A stretch of 64,000 bases of DNA from Octopus sinensis (GCF_006345805.1 NC_043018.1:18786001-18850000); one strand, 5' to 3'; numbered from the stretch's first letter, positions 29,870 to 44,128 are shown. Notes: generated from the letters alone by a model not told the origin. Numbers and translations are program-made.

Positions 29870-31050
29870 TATGTACATTTTTACACAGAGCTATAAATAC
29901 ACACTATCGCCAATATACACATACACACAAATTTTGTATGACAAGAAAAGGAAAGAAAAAAAAAACACAAAAACAAACGACAATTTCCTCCACCGTTTTC
30001 CATCACTCAAGATTCCTCACGGGGATAACAATGTGATACAAAGACTCCGTGAATAAAGTGATATTTAGACTAACAATATGACATTTTGGATAGCATGATA
30101 ACAGTAACACATTTTGAATAATAACATTATAGAGATGACATTATGAAGGAGGTCTATTGTAAGATATAAATAGTGTGACATTTGGACTATTGATATCAAT
30201 AATTTCCATAGTTGTGAGATAAATAATATAATAATAGCAAGAGTGTAATATTTTTGATATCAATAATAATACGATATTGTTATTGATCTGATTTATAAAC
30301 GATGATAAGTTTATTGTGTTTATTATGGAATATGTATGGTGTGAAAGGCATACAATGGGTGGGGGGGGGTGCCCGTGGTGGATATTCCTCATTTAGTATG
30401 GGGAAGTGTGTGATATCGAAAATGTTATATATTCTCAGTATCAATCATCTTCATCATCAGCATCGTTTAACATCCGCTTTCCATGCTAGCATGGGTTGGA
30501 TGGTTCAACTGGGGTCTGGGAAGCCAGAAGGCTGCGCCAGGCCCAGTCTTATCTGGCAATGTTTCTACAGCTGGATGCCCTTCCTAATGCCAACCACTCT
30601 GAGAGTGTAGTGGGTGCTTTTTACGTGCCACCCGCACAGGTGCCAGACGAAGTTGGCAAACGGCCACAATCAGATGGTGCTTTTTATCAATACTATATTA
30701 AATTAATATTGTGTTAAACTGTATTCTGTTTTCCTGCTATATTCTGCTATGTGTGTGTGTGTGTCTGTGTGTGTGTGTGTGTGGCATGTAAAAAGTGGCA
30801 TCCAAACATGGCCGATGCCAGAACTCCTTGACTGGCCCCTGTGCCGGTGGCACGTAAAAAGCACTATCCAGACATGATCGATGCCAGACCTGCCTGACTG
30901 GCTCCTGTGCCAGTGGCACATAAAAAGTACCCACTACACTCTAGGAGCCATTGGCATTAGGAAGGTCATCCAGCAGTAGAAACATTGCCAGATCAGATTG
31001 GAGCCTGGTGCAGCCTCCTGGCTTCCCAAACGCCAGGTGAACCGTTCAAC

Positions 31051-31260
31051 TCGGTCTGCTTAGAAGGTTGTTGTGTCCTAGCATATGTGCTGCTTCTTTT
31101 AGTTTTCGTATTTTCCAGTGGTGTTCTCTGTCTATTATTTTAACTTCATCCCACAGGAGGGAGGCGGTCTCCATTTTTCCATACATGATCAGCTGTACCC
31201 GATTTATCAATATCTCCTCGTGTCACAGCTTTGCAATGTTCCTCTACCCTTATTTTGAGG
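31051..31260 (-). mobile_element. Penelope-like element GIY-YIG endonuclease C-terminal fragment
   Basis: LKIRVEEHCKAVTRGDIDKSGTADHVWKNGD / LWDEVKIIDREHHWKIRKLKEAAHML (one frameshift) matches the Penelope endonuclease pattern R..EH.......KS..AEH.....H...W..V.I+D.E..W..R..KEA.HI. Confidence 0.8.
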
Positions 31261-32519
31261 GGAGGGGGAAAGCATGGTAAATAATGTAAATAATGTACAT
31301 AATTCCTCATCTCTTAAATATAGAACTGTATCAACAAATTGTGTCTGACCCATGCAAGGATGGAAAAGTGAACAAGATGATGCTGATGATTATTAATGGT
31401 AACTACTATGATGATGATGATGATGCTGACACTATCAATAGTGTGATGCATGTAAATGCCATGTGATGCCGGCATCCAGGTATTTTGATCTGGCGTAAAT
31501 ACTTAAGAGGAGCCATGTCACATATGGCCATAAGGTAAATGCAGGCAAAATTGACCTCAGCAGAGTTGATGTACTGGAATGGTATCAATAATCAACAGTT
31601 ATTTACGAAGCACTGCAACAAGTAGCATACAATATTCCTGATCTTTCTGGACATAATCCATTCAAACTAGAATTGATTACCTAAGGAGATTGTCAAGTGA
31701 AAGACATGCAACCAACCTGGAAGAGTATTATATTTGAAATGTCCTTCATATAAAAGATGCATTACAAATGGATTTGCATTTACAGACTTTCCCTTTCGGC
31801 CCTTTAGATATAAAGTTCTCCTCCTCAATCCCAGCCAAGAAATTGCCAATCCAACCATACCCGTATTGATGTTGTTATATCCTTAACAAACACTTTACAG
31901 AATATTCTGATAAGTTACAACATGTAAAGCAAGGAAATGGCAGAATCATTAGAGCAACTGAAAAAAAAATACCTTGTGTTATTTGCTCCCAGTTTTTACA
32001 TTCTGAGTTCAAACCCTGACAAGGTAAACTTTTGTCTTTCATCCTTCCAGGTTTGACCTAATGGAGTACCAGTCATTCACAAGGGTTGATATAATTAGTT
32101 TCTTCTCCTCCCCTCAAATATCCCACCTTGTCCCAATATCTTAGAGAATATTATTAATACATGTCCTATGTGTAGACAGATACTTCATTAATTTATGTTT
32201 CATAATGAAGCTAACGAGAAAGCCTCTATACCAAGTGACAGCAATTTTTATATAACTGACCCCTTTATGGAATAATTGATCACTTACTGGTACCCGGTCA
32301 TGTAAACTTCTAAAATGAAATCAAAATGTATAATAAGTAAAAAAAAAATTCTTGATTTAAAAACAATAATTCCTCCCTTCTTTTGTGCCATTACCACTTT
32401 TTAAGAAGAAATATTTTAAACAATTAAATGAAAATGCTTAATGAAATAGATAAAGAATAAAAATTCAGTCATATTATATTGATATAGTCAGAATATCAAG
32501 CCCCTGGAAAGCCACATTG

Positions 32520-32992
32520 ATTAAATTGGATACTATTTAAATAACTGGGGTACTATTGAATAACTGGGGTACAATTTGAATAAATTGGATACTATTTGAA
32601 TAACTAAGGTACTGTTGAATAACTGGGGTACAATTTGAATAAATTGGATAATATTTAAATAACTGGGGTACAATTTGAATAAATTGGATACTATTTGAAT
32701 AACTAAGGTACTGTTGAATAACTGGGGTACAATTTGAATAAATTGGATATTATTTAAATAACTGGGGTACTATTGAATAACTGGGGTACAATTTGAATAA
32801 CTAAGGTACTGTTGAATAACTGGGGTACAATTTGAATAAATTGGATACTATTTCAATCACTGGGGTACTACTGAATAACTGGGGTACAATTTGAATAAAT
32901 TGGATACTATTTTAATAACTAGGGTACTGTTGAATAACTGGGGTACAATTTGAATAAATTGGATACTATTTGAATAACTGAGGTACTATTTG
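32520..32992. repeat. 19-20-bp minisatellite with alternating variants
   Basis: The units aataactggggtacaatttg, aataaattggatactatttg and aataactaaggtactgttg recur. Confidence 0.9.
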
Positions 32993-33912
32993 AAAGCTTA
33001 ATTCTTGTATAACATATTGAGGACAATTCAAGGTGCTGGAGATTGTGCTTCTCTCAATTTAGTCATTGGAAAAGCTAAAGTCTGGAACAGAAGACAGCGA
33101 GTCACTTGTTTGTTATATAGAGTTCCTGCTGTTTAGTCAAGTAAGCAGATTCTCGAGACATTACTTAATTAAAGACAGGTGGACTGTGTGATTTGAAAGC
33201 TAAATGTTTTCCTCTTGTATAGAGCACAGCATTGCAGATGGGATAATCAAACCATTAACCTTTTGTGATGGCAGTGTTGGTGATGTCTAGCATAGAACTC
33301 TCTGGGTTATAACAGCACTAAACATTTAAATTAAATAGCAAAAGGAATCTAAATTACTATGAATTAAAAAAAATAAATAAATATTAAAAAAATTGGAGTT
33401 ATTGTTTATTATTTCACTTATTTTGATAAAATTATAAAATTTGTTTCACCCTTGCAGTTGTTTTTCTCAGGTTAATAATTACATTAAAATTGAAATTCAA
33501 TCAAATCAAATTACATTAAAATGGCTTAAAAATGAAACCAGATTGAAAAGGAAATAAATTTTTTAGAAAATAAATTAGAAAATAAAACTGCTAAAAACAA
33601 CTGCCAGTTTTTGATTAAAGAGCAGTAAGATTTCATTATTGAACACATTTTGTATATTACCATTTGGCTAGGAGTCTATTGGCTTCATTTAATTATCATA
33701 CTATCAAGAAATTCAAACTTGCCCGGATTAATGAAGGTACCTTAATGAAGTTGCTCTACCTGCTAAAACTAGCAGCTAAATTTCCCCTCTAAATAATACA
33801 TTTAATTTTACAAAATTGAATCTAAAACCAATGCCTGATAAACTTTAGAAACAACAATACCAACACTGCAATGCTGGTTGTTTATATGTATATTTAAAAA
33901 AAATATAAATAG

Positions 33913-34296
33913 AGGCACAGGAGTGGCTGTGTGGTAAGTAGCTTGCTTACCAACCACATGGTTCCGGGTTCAGTCCCACTGCGTGGCATCTTGGGCAAGT
34001 GTCTTCTGTTATAGCCTTGGGCTGACCAATGCCTTGTGAGTGGGTTTGGTAGATGGAAACTGAAAGAAGCCTGTCGTACATATGTATATATATATATGTA
34101 TTTGTGTGTCTGTGTTTGTCCCTTGACAACTGATGCTGGTGTGTTTACGTCCCCGTCACTTAGCGGTTCGGCAAAAGAGACCGATAGAATAAGTACTGGG
34201 CTTACAAAGAATAAGTCCCGGAGTCGATTTGCTCGACTAAAGGCAATGCTCCAGCATGGCCGCAGTCAAATGACTGAAACAAGTAAAAGAGTAAAG
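33913..34296 (+). mobile_element. tRNA-derived SINE family B (bipartite, central (TA)/(TG) tract, tail gctccagcatggccgcagtcaaatgactgaaacaagtaaaaga)
   Basis: The head ggcacaggagtggctgtgtggtaag...gggttcagtccc has A/B-box-like motifs, followed by a ttgggcaagtgtctt central motif. Further copies lie at 56325-56713 (+), 63009-63894 (-, split), 18985-19180 (-), 53660-53830 (-) and 29500-29650 (+, decayed). Confidence 0.85.
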
Positions 34297-37058
34297 AGAG
34301 AGAAAGACACAGATTAACTTTCCAAGTATGAAAAAAATTTGAAGTTATTGTCTACACTCAAAATAGAGAAAAACATTGTAAAGAAAACGGAAACATCCCT
34401 GTATATATCACATACATAATAACAAACAATGTAAAGCACAATGCTCTGAATCACAAAATAAACTCAACATGGAAAACCAGGACTATCTCACATTCCTCCA
34501 ATTTTAACAACAACCTTGTCACAAAAACCAGAATGAGAAAAACAACAAAAACAACACACCCTATCTTAAAGCATCACTTCCAAAGTGCACAGCAACAACC
34601 AAAGTAACTAGTGCATCCTGCATTACAATTAATATGGAACTAAAATCACTAATAGAATTAAAATCACTTTTATGAAACTAAAGGATACTTACACCACTAT
34701 GAGATAAAAATAAAAAAAACAAAGCGTATATTCCTCAATTAATAGGTTATATCTGGCAATGGTAGACAAACCAAATAATAGTTAAGGCCTCATAATCTAC
34801 ATAAATATCATGTATCCAGCACATAGATATTACAATGATTAAACGGCACATAACAAGCACCATCCGACCGTGGCCATTTGCCAGCCTCGCATGGCCCCTG
34901 TGCCGGTGGCACGTAAAAAGCACCATCCAACCGTGGCCATTTACCAGCCTCGTCTGGCACCTGTGCCAGTGGCATGTAAAAAGCACCCACTACACTCACA
35001 GAGTGGTTGGCATTAGGAAGGGCATCCAGCCATAGAAACATTGCCAGATCAGACTGGGCCTGGTGCAGCCTTTTGGCTTCCCAGACCCCAGTTGAACCGT
35101 CCAACCCATGCTAGCATGAAAAGCGGACGTTAAATGATGATGATGATGATGATGATGAGGGTATGGCAACACATAAAAACTCAAGTATTTAATATAAAAT
35201 CCAGCAACACAAAACATTTTAATATACTATCTCCGAAAAAGGTTGCCTTCCTCTACCTCTGGGAAATATGTTTAACCCAGGGATGGCACCCTAACAGGTA
35301 TTACTACAATTCCAGGTCAGAATGGACCTGGGAGTAATGGCAATTAAGAGGTGACTCCATGCTCCTCACAACTCCAGAACTCCCCAGCTGGAGCCTCACC
35401 ACTGGATGCAGTTTAATGTCATACACAGAAGAAATACAAACACACCAGCAACATCAAGCTACTCATCACAGCTGCAATACCTTAGCATACATGAAAACAA
35501 AATTTGATAAAGATTTCAACACATCTTGGTAGTAAATGAAAACAAATAACACACGATGCAACCTAGTAGTATCATAGAGGCACAAAGGTGTTGCCTGCTG
35601 CAAATACGGAATCATCAGCAAATGGTGGATGCAGCGACACACTGCAACAGCACATACCCCAGATCTGACCTGGCTTGGCCTGACTTGACCGTAGTGTGCC
35701 ACTGCTCAAGCAAAAACTTACTGTCGCATATCATATTGGAAGTTAAAAACAAAACCGTTTTGAAACTGGAATATTATAACAGAAAAAATAAATTCCATAA
35801 GAATCATGATTACTGTGATTCATAAATCATACTTAAGCCTAACAGAATTGTGAATGATATTATAATATTCATGCTTAAAGTATCAATGATACTTAAGTCT
35901 AACAGACTGATGAATAACATGGTTTACAAGACACTCAGGCTTTAATCCTTTTGATGCCAAATCATATGAGATGGCTTCTGTTTCAATGATACAATCTTCG
36001 TTTCTTTTCTTTTTTTTTTTTTTTTTAATTATCCAAATTAAAACCTTTCATCAAGATTTCATGACCAACAGAATTAGTACAAGGCTTTAAAAAAATAAGT
36101 CCTGGGGTCAATTCGTCCAACTAAAATTCTTCAAGGTAGTGCCCCAGAATGGCCACAGTCTAATGACTGAAATAAAAAGACATACACACACACATGTACA
36201 CATACACACTTATATGCACACACACATACAAAGTGATTGTCTTATTTTTCTCAGGTGATAACCGTCTCACATTCTACCTGATTGTTCTGATTTCCTTCCA
36301 TTCATGCATATGCATGGACATTACTTTTCATGGCATGCCTGCATCACCAAAGAACTTTATCAAAGACAAAATGGGCCAAGGAATAGAACAATAGTGAGAT
36401 GTCTGTGCGTCTCTGGGTTTAAGTGACAAAAGCTTCTACAATGCTTTTGCCAGTCTCTCGGTTACCATAGAAGGTTCCAGTAACAAGTAGCGCTGCAAAA
36501 TGGCTGGAAAAAGTTTTATGTCGGAATATCTTTCTCCGAAAAAAGTTGCCTTCCTCAAGACTTTGTCAAAAATAATGGGAGCTTCCTCTACCTCTGGGAA
36601 ATAAGTTTAACCCATAGATGGCATCCTAACAGGTACTACTACAATTCCAGGTCAGGATGGGCCTGGGAGTAATGGCAATTAAGAGGTGACTCCATGCTCC
36701 TTACAACTCCAGAACTCCCCAACCGGTTTGAATTAATATATATATATTTTTTATTAATTTTTAAAAATTTTCCATACACCCACTTTCATTAAAATTTACC
36801 TTTAATTTAGCATTCTGCCTTTTTATAATTTTTCCTTGCTTATCATTTCTCCACATGCGGTCAACACAACCCCACCATTTATTGATTTACATATATATAT
36901 ACATACATATGTATACATATATATATATATACATATATATACATACATATTGGAGCCTGGTGCAGTAATCTGGTTCACCAGTCCTCAGTCAACTCATCCA
37001 ACCCATGCTAGCATGGAAAGTGGATGTTAAACAATGATGATGATGATATATATATGTC

Positions 37059-37100
<42 letters not shown>

Positions 37101-37176
37101 CTAAAATCTTCACAGACTTGGTTTGTTATCTCATTCTGAAAAATATTTTTTATATATATACACATACATACATACA

Positions 37177-37212
<36 letters not shown>

Positions 37213-37327
37213 TACATACATACATACATACATACAAATATATATACACACATATGTATATATATGCATATATATATACATATATAAATATCTATATACA
37301 TACATATGCATATACACATAGACACAG

Positions 37328-37364
<37 letters not shown>

Positions 37365-38976
37365 AACACAAGTACATGTATATATACATATGTATATTGT
37401 ATACTCTACAAATTACGAGTATCTAATCATACACTTCTTTCAATGTTTCCTTATCTTCTGTTATCATTAAAACCATTATTTTTGTTGTTCTTGTTGTTCT
37501 TGTCGGTCTTCACTTACGATCTTAATACCTTTTCCTCCTCCCAATCTCTCCTCTCAGATTCCTATCTGTTTTATCAATATCATTAGCATCCGTCAATTAT
37601 CATTACTATAATTTTTACCATCAATATCATCATCCTTCTTCTTACTACTACTACTACTACTACTACTACAACGACTACTACTACTATTATTATTATTAGT
37701 AGTAGTAGTAGTAGTATTGGTATTATTAATGGCTTTTTTTCTTAAATTTTTTGAGTGAACAAATTATCAAAACACAGACAGACACACACACAAATATATA
37801 CGCATACATATATACATACATACAAGAACGCATACATACATTCTCAAAGAAACCAAAAATTTAGACAACGATAATAAATAAAAGACAAAAAAAAACACCC
37901 AGACTTCCATCATCACCAGTTGTTTGTTACTCAATAAGAAAGAAAAAGAAATGGTAAAAAAAAAACACACACAGGAAAATGTAAAAAAAAATAAAATAAA
38001 AATTAGAAAAGCACCAAATTTCACCAAAAATGATTTTCTCAATCCTTTACCCACCACGACCACGACCACCAACACCACCACTACCAACACTACCACTACC
38101 AGAACCAACACCACACACAGCTGCCGCTACCATCACCGCCACTAACACTACTACCACCAATACCACCACCACCACCACCACCACCGAAACAAAATATATA
38201 CAAAATCAAAAACAAAAAAAATAAGGGAGAAACAAAACAGCCATTATATGTAAATTTTTAAACTTGGACAAGTTTAATTACAGAGCAATCCTGGTAGGTT
38301 TATTGAAAACATTTTTCTCTTTTTTGTTTCTTTTTGGTTATTTAGATGGTGGGTTTTTTTTTTTTTTTTTCAGTTTCTTTCACCATTGCAGCCCCCTTCC
38401 CCACCCCTCACCACCACCACCACCGCTCACCACCACCACCACCACCACCACCACCACCACCACCACCAACCCCATTCAATATACACAGTCGCTGTTTACG
38501 TCCCACCCCACCCCGTCATCCCCCCCCCACCCCCGCCAACACACATAAATACACGCTTAAACCTATACAACTGACCAACGGAGATAAATAATGGAAGGAG
38601 GGTGTTTTTTTTTTATGTATTTTTTATTCGGTTGTCTAAGAAGAAATGGGGGGTTTTTTTTTTTGTCTTTAAATTACAAGAGATTTAGCCTCACCCACCC
38701 CCACCCTGACACACATACACACACACACACACAGATACCCAACACATACAGGCACACACGTACTCACATAAACATATATATAGACAGACATATAAACATA
38801 CACACATACACATACATGCATATACACACACACATACATACAGACACTCGTAAACGCATAGACACAGATGCATATACACACACAAATACACACATATATA
38901 CAGGCACATACAAACATAAACACATATATAGACACACACAAGCACACAGATATATGTATATATACACATGCATACA

Positions 38977-39010
<34 letters not shown>

Positions 39011-39131
39011 GATACCCAACACATACAGGCACACACGTACTCACATAAACATATATATAGACAGACATATAAACATACACACATACAGACACTCGTAACA
39101 CATAGACACAGATGCATATACACACACACAT

Positions 39132-39164
<33 letters not shown>

Positions 39165-39374
39165 CAGACACATATATATATATATGTGTCCATTCACTCA
39201 CAGACCAGCACAATCCGACCCACACTGTTTTATCAAGATGCCAAGAATTCAATCAGATTATTTCTTGGCAATAAAAAAAAAAACAGAAAAGAAAAATATA
39301 ACAAAAACGAAAAACAAAACCCAGCTGCTGTCAGCATAGATTGGTTGAGCCAGACTTTCAAGATAAACAGACAT

Positions 39375-39414
<40 letters not shown>

Positions 39415-40090
39415 TAAATAATAAATAAATATTAACATTAATAACAATAAATATTATAATAGATATGTTGATAATTATGACGGTGATGATGTAAATGATT
39501 AGGATTAAGTGTTGTTGATTACAGCGACCAAGTAGAGTCGGTAGAGCATCGGACAGAATATTCTTTTAGTACTTCTTCTAATTCTTTATGCTCCAAGTTC
39601 AATCCTTACTAACCTTGACTGGTAGAATTATTTACCAAGTACAGGGGTTGATTGGATTGATTTACCCTTCGGTAGTATTTTTTTCTGGCACTTTATGTAG
39701 TGTGTTCAAATCTTACTGAGGTCAACTTAGCCTTCCAACCTTTCAGGGTCGATAAAATAAAGTACCAGATAAATGCTGGGGTTCATTTAATCAGCCTACC
39801 TTCTCCCTTCACAATTATTGATCTAGTACCAAAATTAGCAAGATTGTTACTGTCATAAATATTCTTTTCTATTCTAGGCACAAGGCCTGAAATTTTGTGG
39901 GAGGGTACCAGTTGATTAGATCAACACCAGTATGCAACTGGTACTTAATTTATCAACCCTGAAAGGATGAAATGCAAAGTCAATCTTGGTGGAATTTGAA
40001 CTCAGAACATAAAGACAGACTAAATGCTGCTAAGCATTCTGGCCAGCATGCTAATGAGTCTGCCAACCCTCCAACTCAATAATAATAATG

Positions 40091-40172
<82 letters not shown>

Positions 40173-41627
40173 TTTACAAAAAAAAGAAACTGGTTTATTT
40201 CCTGTAGAGTAGGAGGGGTGAATATCCAAGAGACCAGCTCCTTGATAGACCTTGTAAAAAGACCTTGTCAGGGCCCCTGGGTCACCTACAAGGAGGTTTA
40301 TCATTTGACTGCTACATAACTGATTTTTCAAGCTACTAGAGATACATCAATCTGATGAATCTAGGATGCAGGGGTGGGTGCATTTTGTTAAAATAACAAT
40401 GAAGTGAAAGCAGATAGCCTTTAAATTCACCAAGAACAGCCAAAGAATATATGTTCCAGTGTGACAAGAATATCTTTGGAGATTTTCCAAGGTGACAGCA
40501 GCTTTAATCCCATGCTTGTTCTTCTGAAGTTGGCCAATAAAAAAATTATAAAAATAAAAACACTTGAGTGACCACTCATACTCAATGTGCATGCTTCACT
40601 TGTTTGGTCATAGGCTGTGATTTCGTGCGGTGCAATTTTGATTTGATGCAATTTGGCACAGTGCAGCCTCCTGGTAAACATGCAAAGCACATACACTGAG
40701 AATGTGTGTTTGACAATGTTTACAACACTAATGCTGCTAATCCATATTTGAAAAGGGATTTAGGGTCCTGCACTGGGCTCATCCACCACCCCTTTGATAA
40801 AAGATGATCCAACATTGTATGCTAAAAACGGTCTCTAACTTTGGAGTCTCCATAGTATTGTCCAGAAGTTTAACAAAATCATTCAGATGACCTTTGGAGA
40901 GAAGAACTGCAAGAATTGAGGAAGCCTGACCAGAGAAGCAGATGATTTGGAATTCCAGTAAAGGAAAATGATGCAGGAAATGGCCAATTCTATGTTCTAC
41001 AAATATTTTGGCTGAGATAAGAAGAAAATTGCGTAGGAAAGTTTTATGAATGAAAATGAGAAAGAAATATTTTAACAGACAAAAAAAAAATATATACTAA
41101 AAATTCATATCAGTGCCAAGAACACTATCATAAATTCATATCAGTGCCAAGAACACACATACACACACACTCACACATATACATCCAAGAACACTATCAA
41201 GATTTTTGCTGTGCAAGCTAGAATAAAATGTGTAAAAAAAAATATATTAAATATAAAATGTGTATACTCTGTAAACTTTCTTTACTTTTCAATGTGAATC
41301 TCAAACTTTCAAACCCACCTCAGTTTAACTTAATCTAGATGAGATCTCTTGTATGATAGTTGACCTCCAGGGGTCACCAGATGCTAGAATATATGCCTCT
41401 GTTATACTGAACTAGAGCATGCCACAACTAATTTCAGTATTTCATGATAGGAGAAATCTATTGAAAAATACTAGCATATTCTACAGAATATTTGAGAAGG
41501 TCAATGTCTTCATGTCATTAGAAAAGGTGTTTGATATATGTAGTAAGGAGTCCAAGATAATGTGATTAATGCTGACCATTACCTTTCTAAGCTAGCAAAG
41601 ACTGTAGCTGGCACTGAGAGAAGTATA

Positions 41628-41852
41628 TATTTCTTTACTACCCACAAGGGGCTAAACACAGAGAGGACAAACAAGGACAGACAAATGGGTCAAGTTGATT
41701 ACATCGACCCCAGTGCGTAACTGGTACTTAATTTATCAACCCCGAAAGGATGAAAGGCAAAGTCAACCTCGGCGGAATTTGAACCCAGAACGTAACGGCA
41801 GACGAAATACGGCTACGCATTTCACCCGGCGTGCTAACATTTCTGCCAGCTC
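41628..41852 (-). mobile_element. SINE family A, subfamily with tail ...gtttagccccttgtgggtagtaaagaaata
   Basis: Reverse complement of the family A body. The same subfamily occurs at 54057-54314 (-) and 63278-63440 (+). Other minus copies lie near 39875-40078, 42455-42600 and 50010-50330. Confidence 0.85.
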
Positions 41853-41899
41853 CATAGTATAAAAGCCCCATAGTTGTTGCAGTTGTGGTGGTCACTTTA

Positions 41900-42090
41900 A
41901 GCTTTCCAGGGAGGAATAATTATGCCCTTCTTCCAGTCAGGCAGTATGATTCCACTGCTCAAAATGGACCAGATGATCTGCGTCAAGAACAAGACTGCAG
42001 TAGATGCACCTTTCTTGACCATCTTCCCATGGATGCCACATGGAGAGTATTTGCTGATGGATGAGACAATAATGGAGAAAGCAAATGAAT
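41900..42090 (-). mobile_element. RTE-clade LINE reverse-transcriptase fragment
   Basis: KYSPCGIHGKMVKKG...TQIIWSILSSGIILPDWKKGIIIPPWK. Confidence 0.7.
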
Positions 42091-42820
42091 TCAATAAATT
42101 GATATAAATTAATATTTTTTAGTTTGTTGTTCCTCGTTTTGTTAATTCCTTTTGTTTCCTTGTGTTAAACTGAACAGAAAGATACCAATAAATTCTTTAA
42201 TTTGTAAAAGTTTGATAAACAAACAATTCCGAAAGCTGTGTTTTTTATTTAGACTTGGCAGCAGAAATTTTTGTTATACTGAACTAGAGCATACCACAAC
42301 TAAATTCAGTATTTCATAATAGGAGAAATCTATTGAAAAATACTAGCATATACTACAGAATATTTGAGAAGGTCAGTGTCTTCATGTCATTAGAAAAGGT
42401 GTTGAGTTAAGTAGTAAGGAGTCCAAGATAACATGATTAATGATTCTAGTAATTGACTGGTACTTCATTTACCAACCCCACAGAAATGAAAAGCAATGTT
42501 GACTTTCACAAGATATGAACTCAGAACCTAAAGAGCCATATCTAAATACCACAAGGTATTTTGGTAAATGCTCAGACAATTCTGCCAAACTGCGGCCTTC
42601 ATTCCAATTCCAAATAATGACAACTGCTTATTCACACCTCTTTCATGTGACAATACTTTGATACACACACATACACACACACTCACACATATACATCCAA
42701 AGACACACACACACACACTCTTACCCCACAATATTATGTTTGCTACCTCAAGAGCTATTTTTGTACTGAAAATTAAGTTCATATTTTTTTCCTACAGGGC
42801 CCTTTTTTTCCCCTCTTCAT

Positions 42821-43046
42821 TTAATCCTTTAACATTTCAACCAGTCAAGTCCAGACCAAATATTCTTCCTCGTTTATGTTCAAACTGGCCAAATCTTACT
42901 TCTCCCACCTACCCTACACTGCCATTCATAAAACACAATCACAGATTTGAAATCTCGAAGCTACAAGATAACCCATGATAAACTCAAAACAATAAGAATA
43001 AACAATCATTACATTTGGCAAAATAATTTGAATGCTAAAGAATTAA
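42821..43046. mobile_element. piggyBac-type MITE, second family
   Basis: TTAA-flanked decayed TIRs (ttaatcctttaacatt...aatgctaaagaattaa). The internal sequence is homologous to the copy at 54354-54572. Confidence 0.6.
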
Positions 43047-43074
43047 ACTAAAAACCAATTGCCCTCACTCACAC

Positions 43075-43412
43075 CCCTATCTATCTATCCACTCAGCCGA
43101 AGTCGACTCTCGGTCACTCGTTGGATCAGTGTCCTCCAGTCAGTTCTATCCTGGGCCGCTTCTTTCAGATTGGCTAAGTCCATTCTGGTATCCCTCTTGA
43201 TGGTGTCAAGCCAGCGGGTTCTTGGTCGGCCTCTTCCTCTCTTGCCACTGACCATTCCGAGCATGATGTCCTTCTCCAGGGATTTTCTCTGCATAATATG
43301 ACCGAAATATGCCAATCTATGCTTGGTGATCCTAGCTTCTAGCGACATTTTCGGCCTGATCTGCTTAAGAACTTCTCCATTGGTGAGCCTCGCTGTCCAT
43401 GGAATCTCACAC
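43075..43412 (-). mobile_element. 3' end of an RTE (BovB-like) LINE
   Basis: IPWTARLTNGEVL...RLAYFGHIMQRKSLEKDIMLGMVSGKRGRGRPRTRWLDTIK...AAQDRTDWR, followed by a short (GATA)n tail. Confidence 0.9.
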
Positions 43413-44002
43413 CCCAAATATACTTTATACTTCAATCCGACAAACACAACCACAAGAGGGAGTTAAATCTGCCTGGGACCCTCAGTAAGGAACATCTTCA
43501 ACCTGCACTCTGTGATTAGAACTGACAACAAACACAGAAGAGTTACACAAGAGGAGATCACTTCTGTAAGACACACATCATGAGCAGTGAAAAATTCCTT
43601 GATGAGTTTTCTCATAACAGAATTATTCCAGCTAAATTAAATCAGCTCCAATGTATCTAATTTAGACACAGATAAATAGAATCAACATTAAAAAAAAACA
43701 CACAAGAAATATTGACACCTGAATTTCACTTATAAATTCTGAGAACTGATATTACATTAACATAATCAACTGATTGAATTTTGGTATGTGGATAGAAGTG
43801 GAGGAGTAGCTCCTAAATCAGTTTGGCACCTCACAGAAACTTCCATGGTGACAAGAATTGGACAAGTTTTTCAAATTTTAATGCAATAAATTTCAAAATT
43901 ATACAAAGACTTTAAACACACAGATATATACACCTCTCTCTCTCTCTTTCTATTTGTATATACACACACACACACATATATATATATTATATAATATATT
44001 AT

Positions 44003-44091
<89 letters not shown>

Positions 44092-44128
44092 GTGTATATA
44101 TAATATATATATATATATATATATGTGT

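Noticed and set aside
39240-39271. Hairpin tgccaagaa...ttcttggca as a pre-miRNA
   Set aside because: The stem is only 9 bp, too short for a miRNA precursor.
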